Part shown: piece after piece, positions 36,203 through 51,408 of the stretch
Numbering within the stretch: the stretch's first letter is position 1
Layout: each line of letters starts with the position of its first letter
Assembly: GCA_030141605.1 (NCBI GenBank)
Contig: JAQGDQ010001260.1
Span: 1-51,443 of the forward strand
DNA: 51,443 nt
Source: Tubiluchus corallicola
Taxonomy: Eukaryota; Animalia; Priapulida
Direction of reading: 5' to 3'
Notes under the pieces: model-generated
Seen by the model: only the letters and a program-made list of their open reading frames with translations
What the model was told of the DNA's origin: nothing
Database searches by the model: none
Position numbers and translations under genes: made by a program

Positions 36203-36686
36203 CAGGGATGTGCAAATTGCGGCCCGCCGAGAGAATTTGTGCAGCCCGCGAAGAGATTTGTCGATCTAATGAAAGTGCGGCCCGGGTGATTAATTGAGTC
36301 TATCCAGCTGAAGTCCGTGCCACGATCCCAAAGATAGTGCGGGTAGTTTTTTCTACTAGATCGGATGCCATTAACCCTTACAAGACGATTGTAGCTTAAT
36401 GTCACTGTACCACACAGACTGTGTGATACACATTACTAATATGCATTGCAATGAAATTACCACTATCTGTCCTGAAAGTAGAAATATATGGTTTGTAATA
36501 TAAATTTTAATAACTTCTAAAATAGTTTCTTGAGTGTAGTAGTAATGATGTACGCAGGTCGGATGCAAAAAAAAATCGTTATTAGGTCCTACTGTACTTG
36601 GCTCCTTGATTTTGCTGCCTGTGGCCCGCAGGAATTGCGGGAAAGTTGAATGTGGCCCGGTTAGTCAGATAATTTGTACACCCCTG
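36203..36686. mobile_element. hAT (Charlie-like) MITE
   Basis: TIRs CAGGGATGTGCAAATT / CAGGGGTGTACAAATT, 8-bp TSD ATGTAAAT / GTGTAAAT, and subterminal GGCCCG motifs. Confidence 0.85.
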
Positions 36687-38450
36687 GTGTAAATGAATAT
36701 GATACTTGGAAGAACGGGAAGTTTCCATCAGTTATAAACTTTGCTCATCAACAAAATACAGAAACTATCATGATTTGGTAAGAAAATTTATTTAGGTCAC
36801 CTTCACTCGATATAATTTTAAATAGTCACAGTAAACATGTAAGAACACAAAGTAAGTATATATAATTTCTTATATATAACTATATAAACCCCATTGGTAA
36901 CAGTAACAAATAACTAGATCAATAAAGAAAGATTTACTAAGACAACTATACCCCGCCCAGCGGTGCGTTAAAGATGCTTTTGCGTCTACTAATTTGAGAA
37001 GTATAGCAGATGGCAGCACTAGTGAAGTAAACACTTTGGTACATTATTGTGCAAACCATATAGTATGGTTAATTAACCGTTAAAAGGGAAGTATTACAAG
37101 CTCCGTTCAGTTTCAGCACTTCACAAATTTATCATTCAAATTTTCGTGTAAAAAATCTTGTAATATAATATATATTATATTATTTATATTATGATATTTA
37201 TTTATCTGCGCTTGCAAACCAAAACCGTCCGTAAGTCTGGCATAGTTAAAACTATGTTATGATGGTTGAAATAAGAGTGCACAAAAAATTTGGTCAAATG
37301 TCAATTTTTTGTCTTCTATAAAAACAAACGCTGAATTTTAGACTTTAATATTCTAGCATCAAATTGTCACAAAAATGTTTAAAAAATACTAAAAATTCAA
37401 TTTTATAACCATTTATTTACTTTTCTATGTAGAAACTGGTATTGCAATTGAGAAAAAAATGTATTTTTAAGTAGCAGTTCCTGAAAGAAATCATTTTGTT
37501 TCTGGTTTTTTCTGTTGCAAAGCCCTGCTCTTCGTCGCCCAGAGCCATCTACTGGACATAAACGTAACATCAATGCGTTCTTGCAAAGTCCATAGCAACC
37601 ACATTTGTGCGGTTGCTAAGTGTTTTGTAGAAACGCAACAAAAAACAATGGCTGACATTAACAGTGATTTTCTCAAGGTTAAGTTTTTCAGTGTGAAGCC
37701 TGCACCTCAACTTCAAATTATCTCAGCTCAGAAATAACATAGAGTGATGAACTTGGTATCAAAATGATCCTCATGAAATGGAAAGTCAGGATATGTGAAT
37801 AACCAGAAAAGTTTAATTGCCGACTTATGGATGATTTTACTATGCAAGCACACATATATCACCACCAACGTATCAACTGATATTAAAATCCGATGGCAGA
37901 TCAATAACTTTACATAAAAAGTACGACAGATATGTACTGAGAATACTTAAGACATTATGCTCGTTCAGTTGCAAAAGAGAAAGGAAAAAAACGGTTTTAC
38001 TTGCGCAGTTTCTCACACATGAAATAAGAAATAAATAAGAAAAAGTAAAAAAAAAATCACACAAACAGACCCACATTTAATTGGGCATTACTAATGCACA
38101 CAACTCCAAAGATGGACATGGAAAATTAACTTTTTATCGCGGTTTATAAAAAATAACCATTTTACATGGAAATATTGATAACTTTGCACATTTGTAACTT
38201 TTGTTCTACGTGCTGATATGGAATCGGTAAAGATATGAAAATGACCAGACTAGAGCTGTGCTGAGAACAATAGACTAAGTGGTGCTATCAACAGTGCTCC
38301 TCCGATGCTGTAACAGATTAACGGTCCGGCACTCCAGTATACTGAAACCAAACAAATGCATTCAAAGTTTACCAAACCCTAATACTCAAAAGATATAAAG
38401 ACAAGAAGTGAAGCAGCCTTGAGACATGGATGCATAGTCACTCCATCCCT

Positions 38451-38899
<449 letters not shown>

Positions 38900-39534
38900 A
38901 ACTCTGGAGATCAGTAAGTAGTACAAATGTCTTGACCATTGCATGCTTAATTAATGACTGCATTTATGACAAGACGAAAATGTAAAGCAACACCTAGGTT
39001 GGACAGCGACTTTGCGAGCAACTGAAGGGTTCAACAGTTTCACTCGCCATGCTGATTCAGGCTGTTTACATTGTCGAACAACGACGTACTCACTTCTACC
39101 TGTGGCTGAGACATTTCTGCTGGCTCAGTGACTCGTCTCAAAGAATTACTCTTAAAAACTTACCAGTCTCCGGTCTTGCCACAACTAACCACATCAAGCA
39201 GACCATTTCACTGAATGGTGGATTACAGTTTGCTGTGTTCCAAATAGCATAAAAAATGCACAGCTTCTCGTTACTTACACACGCAAGCAAAGAACGGTCC
39301 GAGTGCACGAGCCAAAGCTCCAAGAGACCGAAATATACCAATGACCTTCCCTTTCTGGTCGGCCGAACCATATCCTGAGATCAAGGTCGTCATGCACGGT
39401 ACTACAGTTGCGGAAGCTGAAAAAACGAAAACGGGATGCTAATTCTGCACTCTGCACTAATATCCACTATAAAAGCTCTTAGTACAAGTGTCTCAAAAAG
39501 AACTGACGACCCTTCCCGCTTCCTGATAGATATG

Positions 39535-40093
39535 CCTACTAGGCATGGTCCTACTAGATACCAAAATTCTGCATGGTCCTACTAGATACCCCAGCTCTGC
39601 ATGGTCCTACTAGATACCCCAACTCTGCATGGTCCTACTAGATACCCCAATTCTGCATGGTCCTACTAGATACCCCAATTCTGCATGGTCCTACTAGATA
39701 CCCCAATTCTGCATGGTCCTACTAGATACCCCAACTCTGCATGGTCCTACTAGATACCCCAATTCTGCATGGTCCTACTAGATACCCCAATTCTGCATGG
39801 TCCTACTAGATACCCCAACTCTGCATGGTCCTACTAGATACCCCAATTCTGCATGGTCCTGCTAGATACCCCAATTCTGCATGGTCCTACTAGATACCCC
39901 AACTCTGCATGGTCCTACTAGATACCCCAAATCTGCATGGTCCTACTAAATACCCCAATTCTGCATGGTCCTACTAGATACCCCAATTCTGCATGTTCCT
40001 ACTAGATACCCCAATTCTGCATGGTCCTACTAGATATGCCTACTCTGCATGGTCCTACTAGATACCCAACTCTGCATGGTCCTACTAGATACC
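39535..40093. repeat. 28-bp minisatellite, about 20 copies
   Basis: CTGCATGGTCCTACTAGATACCCCAATT. Confidence 0.95.
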
Positions 40094-42339
40094 TTTTCAC
40101 ATTCAGTGTAGTCGAATCGATAAGACTGGTTATGTTGCCCACCTTTACAGAGAAAAAACTGCCCTCAGAGCTTCACAGAAGCACATTATCATTACTTTCA
40201 TCCAGTCTATGATGCCATTATTAACAAACCCAGTCGAGGGTAGTTCATCATTCATCTCAAGGTCATATCTACCTGACGCGAATTTTCTGACAAAAGATCA
40301 AAAAACGATGAAGGTCATAGCAAGGTTAACTGCTAATAGTGACTCTGCTACTTTACCAAACGAACTGAAATGGCAAAAAATGCCAGGACAGGACCAGGGA
40401 AAAGCTGCGTAATGACTTGGTAAAGTTACAAGTTTTCCTTTTACTAATAGGTACCATTACGACCTTTGTTACTTTATTAGTAAAAGGTATAAATCAATTT
40501 AAATGAAATTATTCATTCATCGCAGCCTATATCAAAATCGTAATTACATATTATGTTTTCCCTATGTTTCCTTGCTATTATTACAACATCATTTACTTTA
40601 TTACATCAATTTCATTAAGTCATCTACAAAAGCACGCATAACTTTAATAATTTTTTCATTTCCATTTAAGTAAGATGAGTGTGTTAATGACCGTATGGTC
40701 GTGCACTCACCTCGCACTACTCAAATCATTTTATTTATTGTTTATTTATGTGTACAACATTGTATTTTGATGTGTGAAAAATAAATTCATAGTTCATAGT
40801 ACAAAACGATCAAAACGACTTGCTTTCCTGATTTATAAGCATCAGCATCAGCATCGTACGCCAAGCAACTTCAACTGTCAAAAACATGTGCACACTTGCT
40901 AGACAACAGTAACATGACGAACAGAGCCAATTATAACCTATTAATTAGCGCAGTTTCTTAATAATTTTAAAAGATGAGGGAGAGAGAATGTCAGAAATAG
41001 AAACGCACGATGAATTACTAATACACTCATACATCGGTTTGCTGGACAAAAGCGGGGAGACGTCGGTCCGAATTTGCCGATTGTCCGTATTTTCCGATAC
41101 TAAACTAACACAGTAGGCGCGTATTAGACTCACGACAATGTAGAATCAATCATCCAACTGTCCCAAAAACGTCTAGTATATATAGCTAGTACCAAGGTTT
41201 GTTACCTATTTCATTATACGAATGATTTTTTACCTAAATTACATGATAATAGATTTCTCTTGCTCATTGTTACTAGAAGTGAATAATTTTTACAGATATT
41301 GAAGTTTACGGTTCCCATAAATTTACGAGTTAACAGGAAACAAAGTACATTCTTTGTAGGGATAAGTATAGGGCCACTCTTGTGCAAAAGTATATAAAAC
41401 CTGTCGGTAATTGATGCAAATAATTGACTCTAAGGCAGTTACACATGCCAATTAAACCACTAAACAAGCTGACATACAAGCTACAAACGTGTCGTTACAT
41501 GCTGTCTGGATGTAAACAAAGTGATGGCGCGCCATCTAGCGGTCAGCTCGCGAAACAACGGACTGTGTCTGTAGTATGCGGGACATTTCAACGGACCAGA
41601 TCTTGTCCGAATTTTCCGATATCCGTAAAAGCGAGGTCCGGCAAACCGAGATATGAGCACAATAGAAAACATGGATCTGTACATATTAACATTATGTAAG
41701 ATGGGCCCACTTACCAAACGAATACAACGCAAGTCCCGTATAAAGAACGTACTGACTTTCTGCCAATCCAATGATCACAAATGACGGAATAACTAGCAGA
41801 ATGCCCTACAAGTAAGGAAATTAAGAAAACTGTAAAACACTAATAACACAAGTGCCAGGCATGAGAACGACAAATTGCAAAAAACTCTGAAACAGGCCGG
41901 GGGTTTGGGGACCGCATAGCCCCCCATAGGGGTTCAAGGGGGCGAAGCAACAAATTGCAATTTTGCAGAGTTATAAAATTGAGTTTTTAGAATTTTCTAA
42001 ATAATTTCCCGATGTTACGATGCTACAAAAATAAAAGTCCAATATGTTTAGGATTTATTCTTGTAAAAAAAAACAAAAAATTGATATTTGACCCAATTAT
42101 GATGCGTTCTACTTTGAAGCATCATAATGCAGTTTTAATAAAGCTGATTTGCGGACGGTTTGGTTTGCAAGCTCACATATAATTTTTATTATTTATTTAT
42201 TAAATATATCCACAACGATCATTACAGCATTGTACATAAAAGTATTTAATAACATATTTATTATTATGTGCACAAGATGCCAAGCCGCAAATGACCCGTG
42301 GGGTACTCAAGAAGTAATTACTTGTTTAGAGCACCCCAA

Positions 42340-42663
42340 ATGAATGTGGACTGAGTGTAATAGAAAAGAGCACTAAAGGAGTAGAAGAAAGGTTAATAGA
42401 GAATAGAAAGAAGGAGAAAGAAGGAGAAAGATGTGATGGTATCTGTATGAAGTAATGAGTGTGGACTGAGTGTAATAGCAAAGAGCAGTAAAGGAGTAGA
42501 AAGAAAGGTTAATAGAGAATAGAAAGAGGAGAAAGATGTGATGGTATCTGTATGAAGTAATGAATGTGGACTGAGTGTAATAGAAAAGAGCAGTAAAGGA
42601 GTAGAAAGAAAGGTTAATAGAGAATAGAAAGAAGGAGAAAGATGTGATGGTATCTGTATGAAG
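42340..42663. repeat. Purine-rich tandem repeat of about 110 bp, 3 copies
   Basis: TGTGGACTGAGTGTAATAG...GATGTGATGGTATCTGTATGAAG occurs three times. Confidence 0.9.
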
Positions 42664-42860
42664 AAACGTGAACTATAGAAATGTAAAAATTGACATAGCC
42701 AGCAACGCAATGGATTCCGACAGGGACAGCAGCGTAATTAATCAAATTGATTTATTCTGTATAATTAGAAAAGATTTCACTCTTAAGATGTCTTTTGAAG
42801 TTATTTATAGATAAAGAATTTTTTATGTATTCGTTGATGTTATTCCAAAGGCTTGTATAT

Positions 42861-43240
42861 TAGGGGTAGGTGAGCATTCTCTTACCAGAAAGCGAATTCG
42901 AATCGAGCCGAACTTCAGTGTTTCGTATTCGAACCGGATTCGAATTGAGATTGAAAGATTTTCGAACAAGTTTTCGAACCACCAGTAAAAATTAGTCTTA
43001 CAAAGATCATGCATATCACTAGATTTTGTTCTGCAATAAAACGACTAGTAATTTGTTTAAAATTGAGCACAGAAATCACAGCTAAATTATGCTAATTGCG
43101 TGATGTTTCAATCGTTTTAGTGATAAAGAACGTATGTGATTGAAATGCTGAATTATTCGAATCTATAGTTTTGGATTCGAATCGAGTATGAACTAAAAAA
43201 ACTCGTTCGAATCGAATTCGAGCGTTCGATGCTCACTCTT
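42861..43240. mobile_element. hAT-like MITE with TTCGAA-rich subterminal regions
   Basis: GTGAGCAT / ATGCTCAC termini with clustered TTCGAA/ATTCG motifs at both ends. TSD not clear. Confidence 0.55.
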
Positions 43241-43744
43241 ATTGCAAGCACACATTTAACGATATACGTGTCAATAAACAGCGACGTCTTAGGCCGTCAG
43301 CAGATGCTAAACTTAATGCTTTAAGCAAAATAAAAAAAGATTACCCTTGTTGCCGTTTTCTGCTCATTTCCCGCAGCGATTCGCCTCACGTAACCGCCTA
43401 TTTAACAAACAAGCAAACAAATTGTTGAAGAATGATGATCTAGATACGAACAACATTGTCTATTAAAATTTACTAAACATTTTTAACATAAAAATAAACA
43501 TAACATAACATAAAACAGAAAGGAAAGATGCGCCATTGTTTGAATATTTCTGATTAAGAAGTCCGTTCCCATGGCGATACAACCCATGACTTGCAATTAA
43601 TGTTGAGGAAATGTTTTCTGTATTAACCAATAATCAAACGTAAAGCACAAAAACTTGAAAAAATTCATTCTATTCGTGACGGAGTATAAATAAATGAACA
43701 CTGGGAGATATCCATTAGATTTGTAAATGGATGATGGCCGTTGT

Positions 43745-46730
43745 TATACTGCTAAATGTATACTGCTAGTAAGAATTAAGGCAGCATAACATATATGCAT
43801 ACTGCTAGTAAGAATTAAGACAGCATAACATATATGTATACTGCTAGTAAGAATTAAGGCAGCATAACATATACGTATACTGCTAGTAAGAATTAAGGCA
43901 GCATAACATATACGTATACTGCTAGTAAGGATTAAGACAGCATAACATATACGTATACTGCTAAACGTATACTGCTAGTAAGAATTAAGACAGCATAACA
44001 TATATGCATACTGCTAGTAAGAATGAAGGCAGCATAACATATACGTATACTGCTAAACGTATACTGCTAGTAAGAATTAAGACAGCATAACATATATGTA
44101 TACTGCTACTAAGAATTAAGGCAGCATAACATATACGTATACTGCTAAATGTATACTGCTAGTAAGAATTAAGACACCACAACATATATGTATACTGCTA
44201 GTAAGAATTAAGACAGCATAACATATATGTATACTGCTAGTAAGAATTAAGACAGCATAACATATACGTATACTGCTAGTAAGAATTAAGACAGCATAAC
44301 ATATATGTATACTGCTAGTAAGAATTAAGACAGCATAACATATATGTATACTGCTAGTAAGAATTAAGACAGCATAACATATATGTATACTGCTAGTAAG
44401 AATTAAGACAGCATAACATATATGTATACTGCTAGTAAGAATTAAGACAGCATAACATATACGTATACTGCTAGTAAGAATTAAGACAGCATAACATATA
44501 CGTTGTGATGGTCCCCCATCCAGGAGATTATTACTGCAACTAATTATTTTTCACTTTAAGTATTAATCTTAATGGTATCACGAATTGTTTACCTAATGAT
44601 TGACAATATTGATGTATTGATTTTTATGTTCCAATCTTGTGCTGCCATCTTTAGTCAAGAGTAGCATTATTTTCGATGAAGTTACCATTAAATGAAGCCA
44701 TTTTTCTGTTAAGCTACCTTAAGTATGTAATTAGGCAGAAGAAGATGAAATTCGCTTCGTTTCAACATGACTTTCACATGACTTTTACAACAACACGTTT
44801 AGCAACAATTTTTTCCATGATAATATTATGCCCGTGTTTGAACAAATGTGAACGCTTCGTCGCTGTACTACTGAGGTGACTTCACCCAGAACTCGTTTCT
44901 GATTGGGCGGCTAGCTTTCGAGGCCTCGAGATTAGACGTATCGGCCTACCTGGCAGAGGGAGAGTAGAATGGCCGTGTTGAAAAATGGTCAGATATAACT
45001 ATATCATGGTTTCTTTTATACGATGATTGAACGAGAAATGGATGGTTTGTTCATTACTATGTTCTTCTAATTCATTGGTGAACGCTGTTCTTCTTCTGCT
45101 GGTGAAACCTCGTCTGTTACACAATTGCTGAGAGACATTTGTTAAATTAGGCATTCATTACATAGCCTAATTACCTTCTCGTTAGATGGAAAGCTGTGGA
45201 GACCGAATTCTGCTGCATTACCACCAACGTGCGTGAGGAAGGACCTGTCCTACCCAAGTGCTGGAGAAGAACTCGCCTTGTATGCAGGACGTCACGTGAG
45301 CGCAAGAAGTGTTACAATGTTCATATGTTACTATGTTATTTGTCAGCTAAATTAGACTGATTCGTTGCAGTAACGAGGTGGATTTAATTGTTTTACTCAG
45401 GTAACGATGATCATTTAATGCCTAATATGGGCATATTATGTTCTTAATGTTACATACATATACTGCTAAACGTATACTGCTAGAAAGAATTAAGACAGCA
45501 TAACATATATGTACACTGCTAGTAAGAATTAAGACAGCATAACATATATGTATACTGCTAGTAAGAATTAAGGCAGCATAACATATACGTATACTGCTAA
45601 ACGTATACTGCTAGTAAGAATTAAGACAGCATAACACATATGTATACTGCTAGTAAGAATTAAGACAGCATAACATATACGTATACTGCTAGTAAGAATT
45701 AAGACAGCATAACATATATGTATACTGCTAAATGTATACTGGTAGTAAGAATTAAGGCAGCATAACATATACGTATACTGCTAAACGTATACTGCTAGTA
45801 AGAATTAAGACAGCATAACACATATGTATACTGCTAGTAAGAATTAAGACAGCATAACATATACGTATACTGCTAGTAAGAATTAAGACAGCATAACGTA
45901 TATGTATACTACTAGTAAGAATTAAGACAGCATAACGTATATGTATACTGCTAGTAAGAATTAAGGCAGCATAACATATACGTATACTGCTAAACATATA
46001 CTGCTCGTAAGAATTAAGACAGCATAACATATACGTATACTGCTAGTAAGAATTAAGACAGCATAACGTATATGTATACTACTAGTAAGAATTAAGACAG
46101 CATAACGTATATGTATACTGCTAGTAAGAATTAAGGCAGCATAACATATACGTATACTGCTAAACGTATACTGCTAGTAAGAATTAAGACAGCATAACAT
46201 ATACGTATACTGCTAGTAAGAATTAAGACAGCATAACGTATATGTATACTACTAGTAAGAATTAAGACAGCATAACGTATATGTATACTGCTCGTAAGAA
46301 TTAAGACAGCATAACATATATGTATACTGTTAAATGTATACTGCTCATCAGAATTAAGGCAGCATAACATATACGTATACTGCTAAATGTATACTGCTCG
46401 TAAGAATTAAGACAGCATAACATATATTTATACTGCTAAATATATACTGCTAGTAAGAATTAAGACAGCATAACATATATGTATACTGCTAAATATATAC
46501 TGCTAGTAAGAATTAAGACAGCATAACATATACGTGAACTGCTAAATGTATACTGCTCGTAAGAATTAAGACAGCATAACGTATTTGTATACTACTAGTA
46601 AGAATTAAGAAAGCATAATATATATGTATACTGCTCATAAGAATTAAGACAGCATAACATATATTTATACTGCTAAACGTATACTGCTAGTAAGAATTAA
46701 GACAGCATAACATATATGTATACTGCTAAA
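43745..46730. repeat. 39-bp minisatellite (with 14-bp insert variant), interrupted by a solo LTR
   Basis: GTATACTGCTAGTAAGAATTAAGACAGCATAACATATAT, at 43745-44503 and 45455-46730. Confidence 0.95.
44504..45454. mobile_element. Probable solo LTR (951 bp)
   Basis: TGT...ACA termini and 5-bp TSD TACGT / TACAT. The satellite phase resumes across it. Confidence 0.75.
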
Positions 46731-47038
46731 TAATATGGTACAAGAAATATAATACGTACACGATCTCTTAAGAAAGAAATAAGATAAGAGCTACTCAAAA
46801 GACCTGCTTTATGTCACTTGCCTTGTACAGCTGCCATAATAATTCCAATGAAGAAAAACATCTTCCCTTGCTCCATGCTGTAAAATTCAAGAATTATAAA
46901 CGAAGTCGCAAAGACGCAATTAGAACAAAATTAACCTTTTTTTTCATGAACAAAACACCAAACTGTGTAGCTGACAAAGCATTTCAGTGAAAAATCTGAA
47001 TTCAAAACTGGCAGTTCTCAAACAAAAGAAGCCAAAGG

Positions 47039-47146
<108 letters not shown>

Positions 47147-47806
47147 CTACACATTATTTTTCATTACTAGTCGCTCAATCCCTGGTCTCTCATTTTGCAA
47201 ACAAAAAATTTTGATTTGCAGTTTTAAACTTCAGTTTTTCATTACCACTAAGTCAGTGCTGACATCTGTTTGTACACTTGGAAGTTTCCAATATATGTAT
47301 GTACTTGTATGCAACTGCTATATGTTTGTATGGAACTGGGTTACTTGGCTTCTCTGTGAATGTAGTAGTTTTTCATACTTGGCAGCAAGATTAGAGGACA
47401 AGCAATAGGCTTAAGCAGTTGTTTGGTTATAATAACGTTTTGACTCAGGTGCCATGATATATTGGCTGATGGATTTATTTTAACTTTTGTTTACTACTGT
47501 TGATTATGTTTACCATTTTTGCGTATATGTAGATTGATTATGAGATGTATGAGTAAAATACAGATCGCAAAGTTAAACCATGTTTTCATCCAGTGATGTC
47601 ATCTGTTTAACACGAACATCGCAACTACAAAAACAGTCTGATAAACCTGCCAATGTCGGTTGTTGACTCTCCCCAAAACACCCCAGCGACAACTTTAGCG
47701 TCACGACAATAATCACAAAGGCATGATGACATCACAATGCCACGTATTGCCACCAATAAATAAACAGCAAGACGTATCACAGAAACCCATGCAGCTTATC
47801 AATTCT

Positions 47807-48623
47807 AACTCAATCACACTCATACTGCTCACTACTCAATCATACTCATACTGCTCACTACTCAATCATACTCATACTGCTCATTCACCAATCATACTCA
47901 TACTGCTCACTACTCAATCATACTCATACTGCCCACTACTCAATCATACTCATATTGCTCACTACTCAATCATACTCATACTGCTCACTACTCAATCTTA
48001 CTCATACTGCTCACTACTCAATCATACTCATACTGCCCACTACTCAATCATACTCATATTGCTCACTACTCAATCATACTCATACTGCTCACTACTCAAT
48101 CTTACTCATACTGCTCACTTCTCAATCACACTCATACTACTCACTACTCAATCATACTCATACTGCTCACTACTCAATCATACTCATACTGCTCACTACT
48201 CAATCTTACTCATACTGCTCACTACTCAATCACACTCATACTGCTCACTACTCAATCACACTCATACTGCTCGCTACTCAATCACACTCATACTGCTCAC
48301 TTCTCAATCACACTCATACTACTCACTACTCAATCATACTCATACTGTTCACTACTGAATCACACTCACACTGCTCACTACTCAATCACACTCATACTGC
48401 TCGCTACTCAATCACACTCATACTGCTCACTACTCAATCACACTCATACCGCTCACTACTCAATCATACTCATACCGCTCACTACTCAAACATACTCATA
48501 CTGCTCACTACTCAATCTTACTCATACTGCTCACTACTCAATCACACTCATACCGCTCACTACTCAATCACACTCATACTGCTCACTACTCAATCATACT
48601 CATACTGCTCACTACTCAATCAT
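47807..48623. repeat. 26-bp minisatellite
   Basis: ACTCAATCATACTCATACTGCTCACT. Confidence 0.95.
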
Positions 48624-48762
48624 ACGTACCCAGTATAGTGGAATCGCGTGTGCGTGAGAAAGGTGAGCGTGAATTCCAGTCCAGAATAAAGAAACAAGTA
48701 GAGAAAGTAGACTAATCCAAGCCTCTCCATTTTGTCCAGATCTGAAAGAGGTAATTTTATAC

Positions 48763-50163
48763 CAGCATGAGTAAATATGGTATTTAGGGGAGACCGGAGT
48801 TAGTTGAAACACCGTATGACAGCAAGAGTAAATATGGCATTTAGGGGAGACCGGGGTTAGTTGAAACACCGTATGACAGCAAGAGTAAATATAGTATTTA
48901 GGGGAGACCGGAGTTAGTTGAAACACCGTATGACAGCATGAGTAAATATGGCATTTAGGGGAGACCGGAGTTAGATGAAACACCGTATGACAGCATGAGT
49001 AAATATAGTATTTAGGGGAGACCGGGGTTAGTTGAAACACCGTATGACAGCAGTAAATATAGTATTTAGGGGAGACCGGGGTTAGTTGAAACACCGTATG
49101 ACAGCAAGAGTAAATATGGCATTTAGGGGAGACCGGAGTTATTGAAACACCGTATGACAGCATGAGTAAATATGGCATTTAGGGAACCGGATATGAAACA
49201 CCGTATGACAGCATGATAAATATAGTATTTAGGAACGGGTTAGTTGAAACACAGTATGACAGCAAGAGTAAATATAGTATTTAGGGAGACCGGGGTAGTT
49301 AAACACCGTATGCGCAAGAGTAAATATGCATTAGGAGACCGGAGTTAGATGAAACACCGTATGACAGCATGAGTAAATATAGTATTTAGGGGAGACCGGG
49401 GTTAGTTGAACACAGTACAGCAAGAGTAAATATAGTATTGGGGAGACCGGTTAGTTGAAACACCGTATGACAGCAAGAGTAAATATAGTATTTAGGGGAG
49501 ACCGGAGTTAGTTGAAACACCGTATGACAGCAAGAGTAAATATGGCATTTAGGGGAGACCGGAGTTAGTTGAAACACCGTATGACAGCATGAGTAAATAT
49601 GGCATTTAGGGGAGACCGGGGTTAGATGAAACACCGTATGACAGCATGAGTAAATATAGTATTTAGGGGAGACCGGGGTTAGTTGAAACACAGTATGACA
49701 GCAAGAGTAAATATAGTATTTAGGGGAGACCGGGGTTAGTTGAAACACCGTATGACAGCAAGAGTAAATATGGCATTTAGGGGAGACCGGAGTTAGTTGA
49801 AACACCGTATGACAGCAAGAGTAAATATAGTATTTAGGGGAGACCGGGGTTAGTTGAAACACCGTATGACAGCAAAAGTAAATATAGTATTTAGGGGAGA
49901 CCGGGGTTAGTTGAAACACCGTATGACAGCAAGAGTAAATATGGCATTTAGGGGAGACCGGGGTTAGTTGAAACACAGTATGACAGCAAGAGTAAATATG
50001 GCATTTAGGGGAGACCGGGGTTAGTTGAAACACAGTATGACAGCAAGAGTAAATATGGCATTTAGGGGAGACCGGAGTTAGATGAAACACAGTATGACAG
50101 CAAGAGTAAATATAGTATTTAGGGGAGACCGAAGTTAGCTGAAACACCGTATGACAGCAAGAG
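48763..50163. repeat. 57-bp minisatellite
   Basis: GACAGCAAGAGTAAATATGGCATTTAGGGGAGACCGGAGTTAGTTGAAACACCGTAT. Confidence 0.95.
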
Positions 50164-50295
50164 GGTTCATAAACTCTTGTCTTTAGTTTGAATACATTTG
50201 TTTTCTCTTTCAGATTTCTCAATTGTATTTGCTTCCTGTAATGCAAAACTTGTCGATCGACGACGATGATAACAACAACAACAACAACAACAACA

Positions 50296-50309
<14 letters not shown>

Positions 50310-50327
<18 letters not shown>

Positions 50328-50835
50328 ATGTTTGTCCTTCGAATCGAAGATGAAATAGTGACAGGGATAAAAGGTTAGTTTGGGGGGTTGTCATTCCTTT
50401 GATGAGCTCGAAGGTGACTGCCTAGGCCTATTCTTGCCTGGAAATTTCTTTGGCATTTGGCACAGGTAAGGCTGGGTGTTTGGACCTGTTGTTGGGCAGC
50501 GTCACATGCCTTGCGTCTTCTGCACTTCTCCTCTGCCTCCTCAATTCTTTTCGCCTCTGCTGTCTTAGCCCCTGTGGTGATGGCACTCCGCCATACTGAG
50601 CGATCTTGTGCAAGGGTTTCCATTGAGCGGATGTCCATGCTGAGCTCCTTAAGTGAGGCCTTCAGGCTGTCTTTGAAGCGTTTCTTTGGTCGTCCAACCT
50701 TTCTCTTTCCAGACACAAGTTCTCCATAGAGCATCTTCTTTGATATGTGGTTGTCTGGCATGCAAATCACATGTCCTGCCCACCGAACTTGTGTTTTGAG
50801 GAGGAGTGTATGCATGCTGGGGAGGTCAGCTCTTT
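50310..50835 (-). mobile_element. 5'-truncated RTE LINE 3' end with C-terminal C2H2-type finger
   Basis: Encodes VRWAGHV...LYGEL...GRPKKRFKDSLK...CAKCQRNFQARIGLGSHLRAH, followed by a short 3' UTR and (TA)n tail. Confidence 0.9.
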
Positions 50836-51408
50836 TAAATATACAATATACAATACAAGTATATGTATCTATCTTATAAACTCAAAAAGTTTGATGTGGC
50901 TTAAAACAAAGAAAAGGCAGTGCCACAAGACAGATTATATCTTACACAAAACACATCTCACCAAATGAGATTTAATGCAAATTGCTGGCATCCTTCTGTT
51001 TCGGAAGACAATGGAGTGTGCGCCAAGAGAGTCAGTTATTAATCACGTTGATGGAGCTGCAGCATCGACTGTGGCTGAGCAGTGCGATCCTTGAACGTCT
51101 CCAGGGCACACGCCTGGGCAAGGGGTATGGAGATCCTGAGTTGCCCAGACAACAGGACCCCCCCTCTCTTCCTCCTTGGTGTAGTCCAAAGGAAAGCGGA
51201 GCGATACGTTTGGCACCGGGTTGGCTGCAGGAGCTGCCCGAGTCAGTGAGCATGCTGCACTGGTCCGCCTTCGGGGCTCCACTCCTGATTTGGAAGGTTT
51301 ACTCTTCTACACATGGCCGTTGGGTCACTTGACCTCCTCCGCCCTCTAGCCATTGGCTGCTTGTACAGCTCCTCCGCCTAGTGTCGAGATACAGTGTGGA
51401 CATCCCGC

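Noticed and set aside
39535-40093. CRISPR-like array (also considered for the other 26-73-bp arrays)
   Set aside because: Head-to-tail repeats without unique spacers, no cas genes, and a eukaryotic context.
47723-50246. Long repetitive ORFs (211-286 aa)
   Set aside because: They are translations of 26-bp and 57-bp minisatellites with no unique coding context.
50982-51332. Plus-strand ORF as a LINE RT-RNase H linker (PPW motif)
   Set aside because: A single short motif with no RNase H catalytic pattern.
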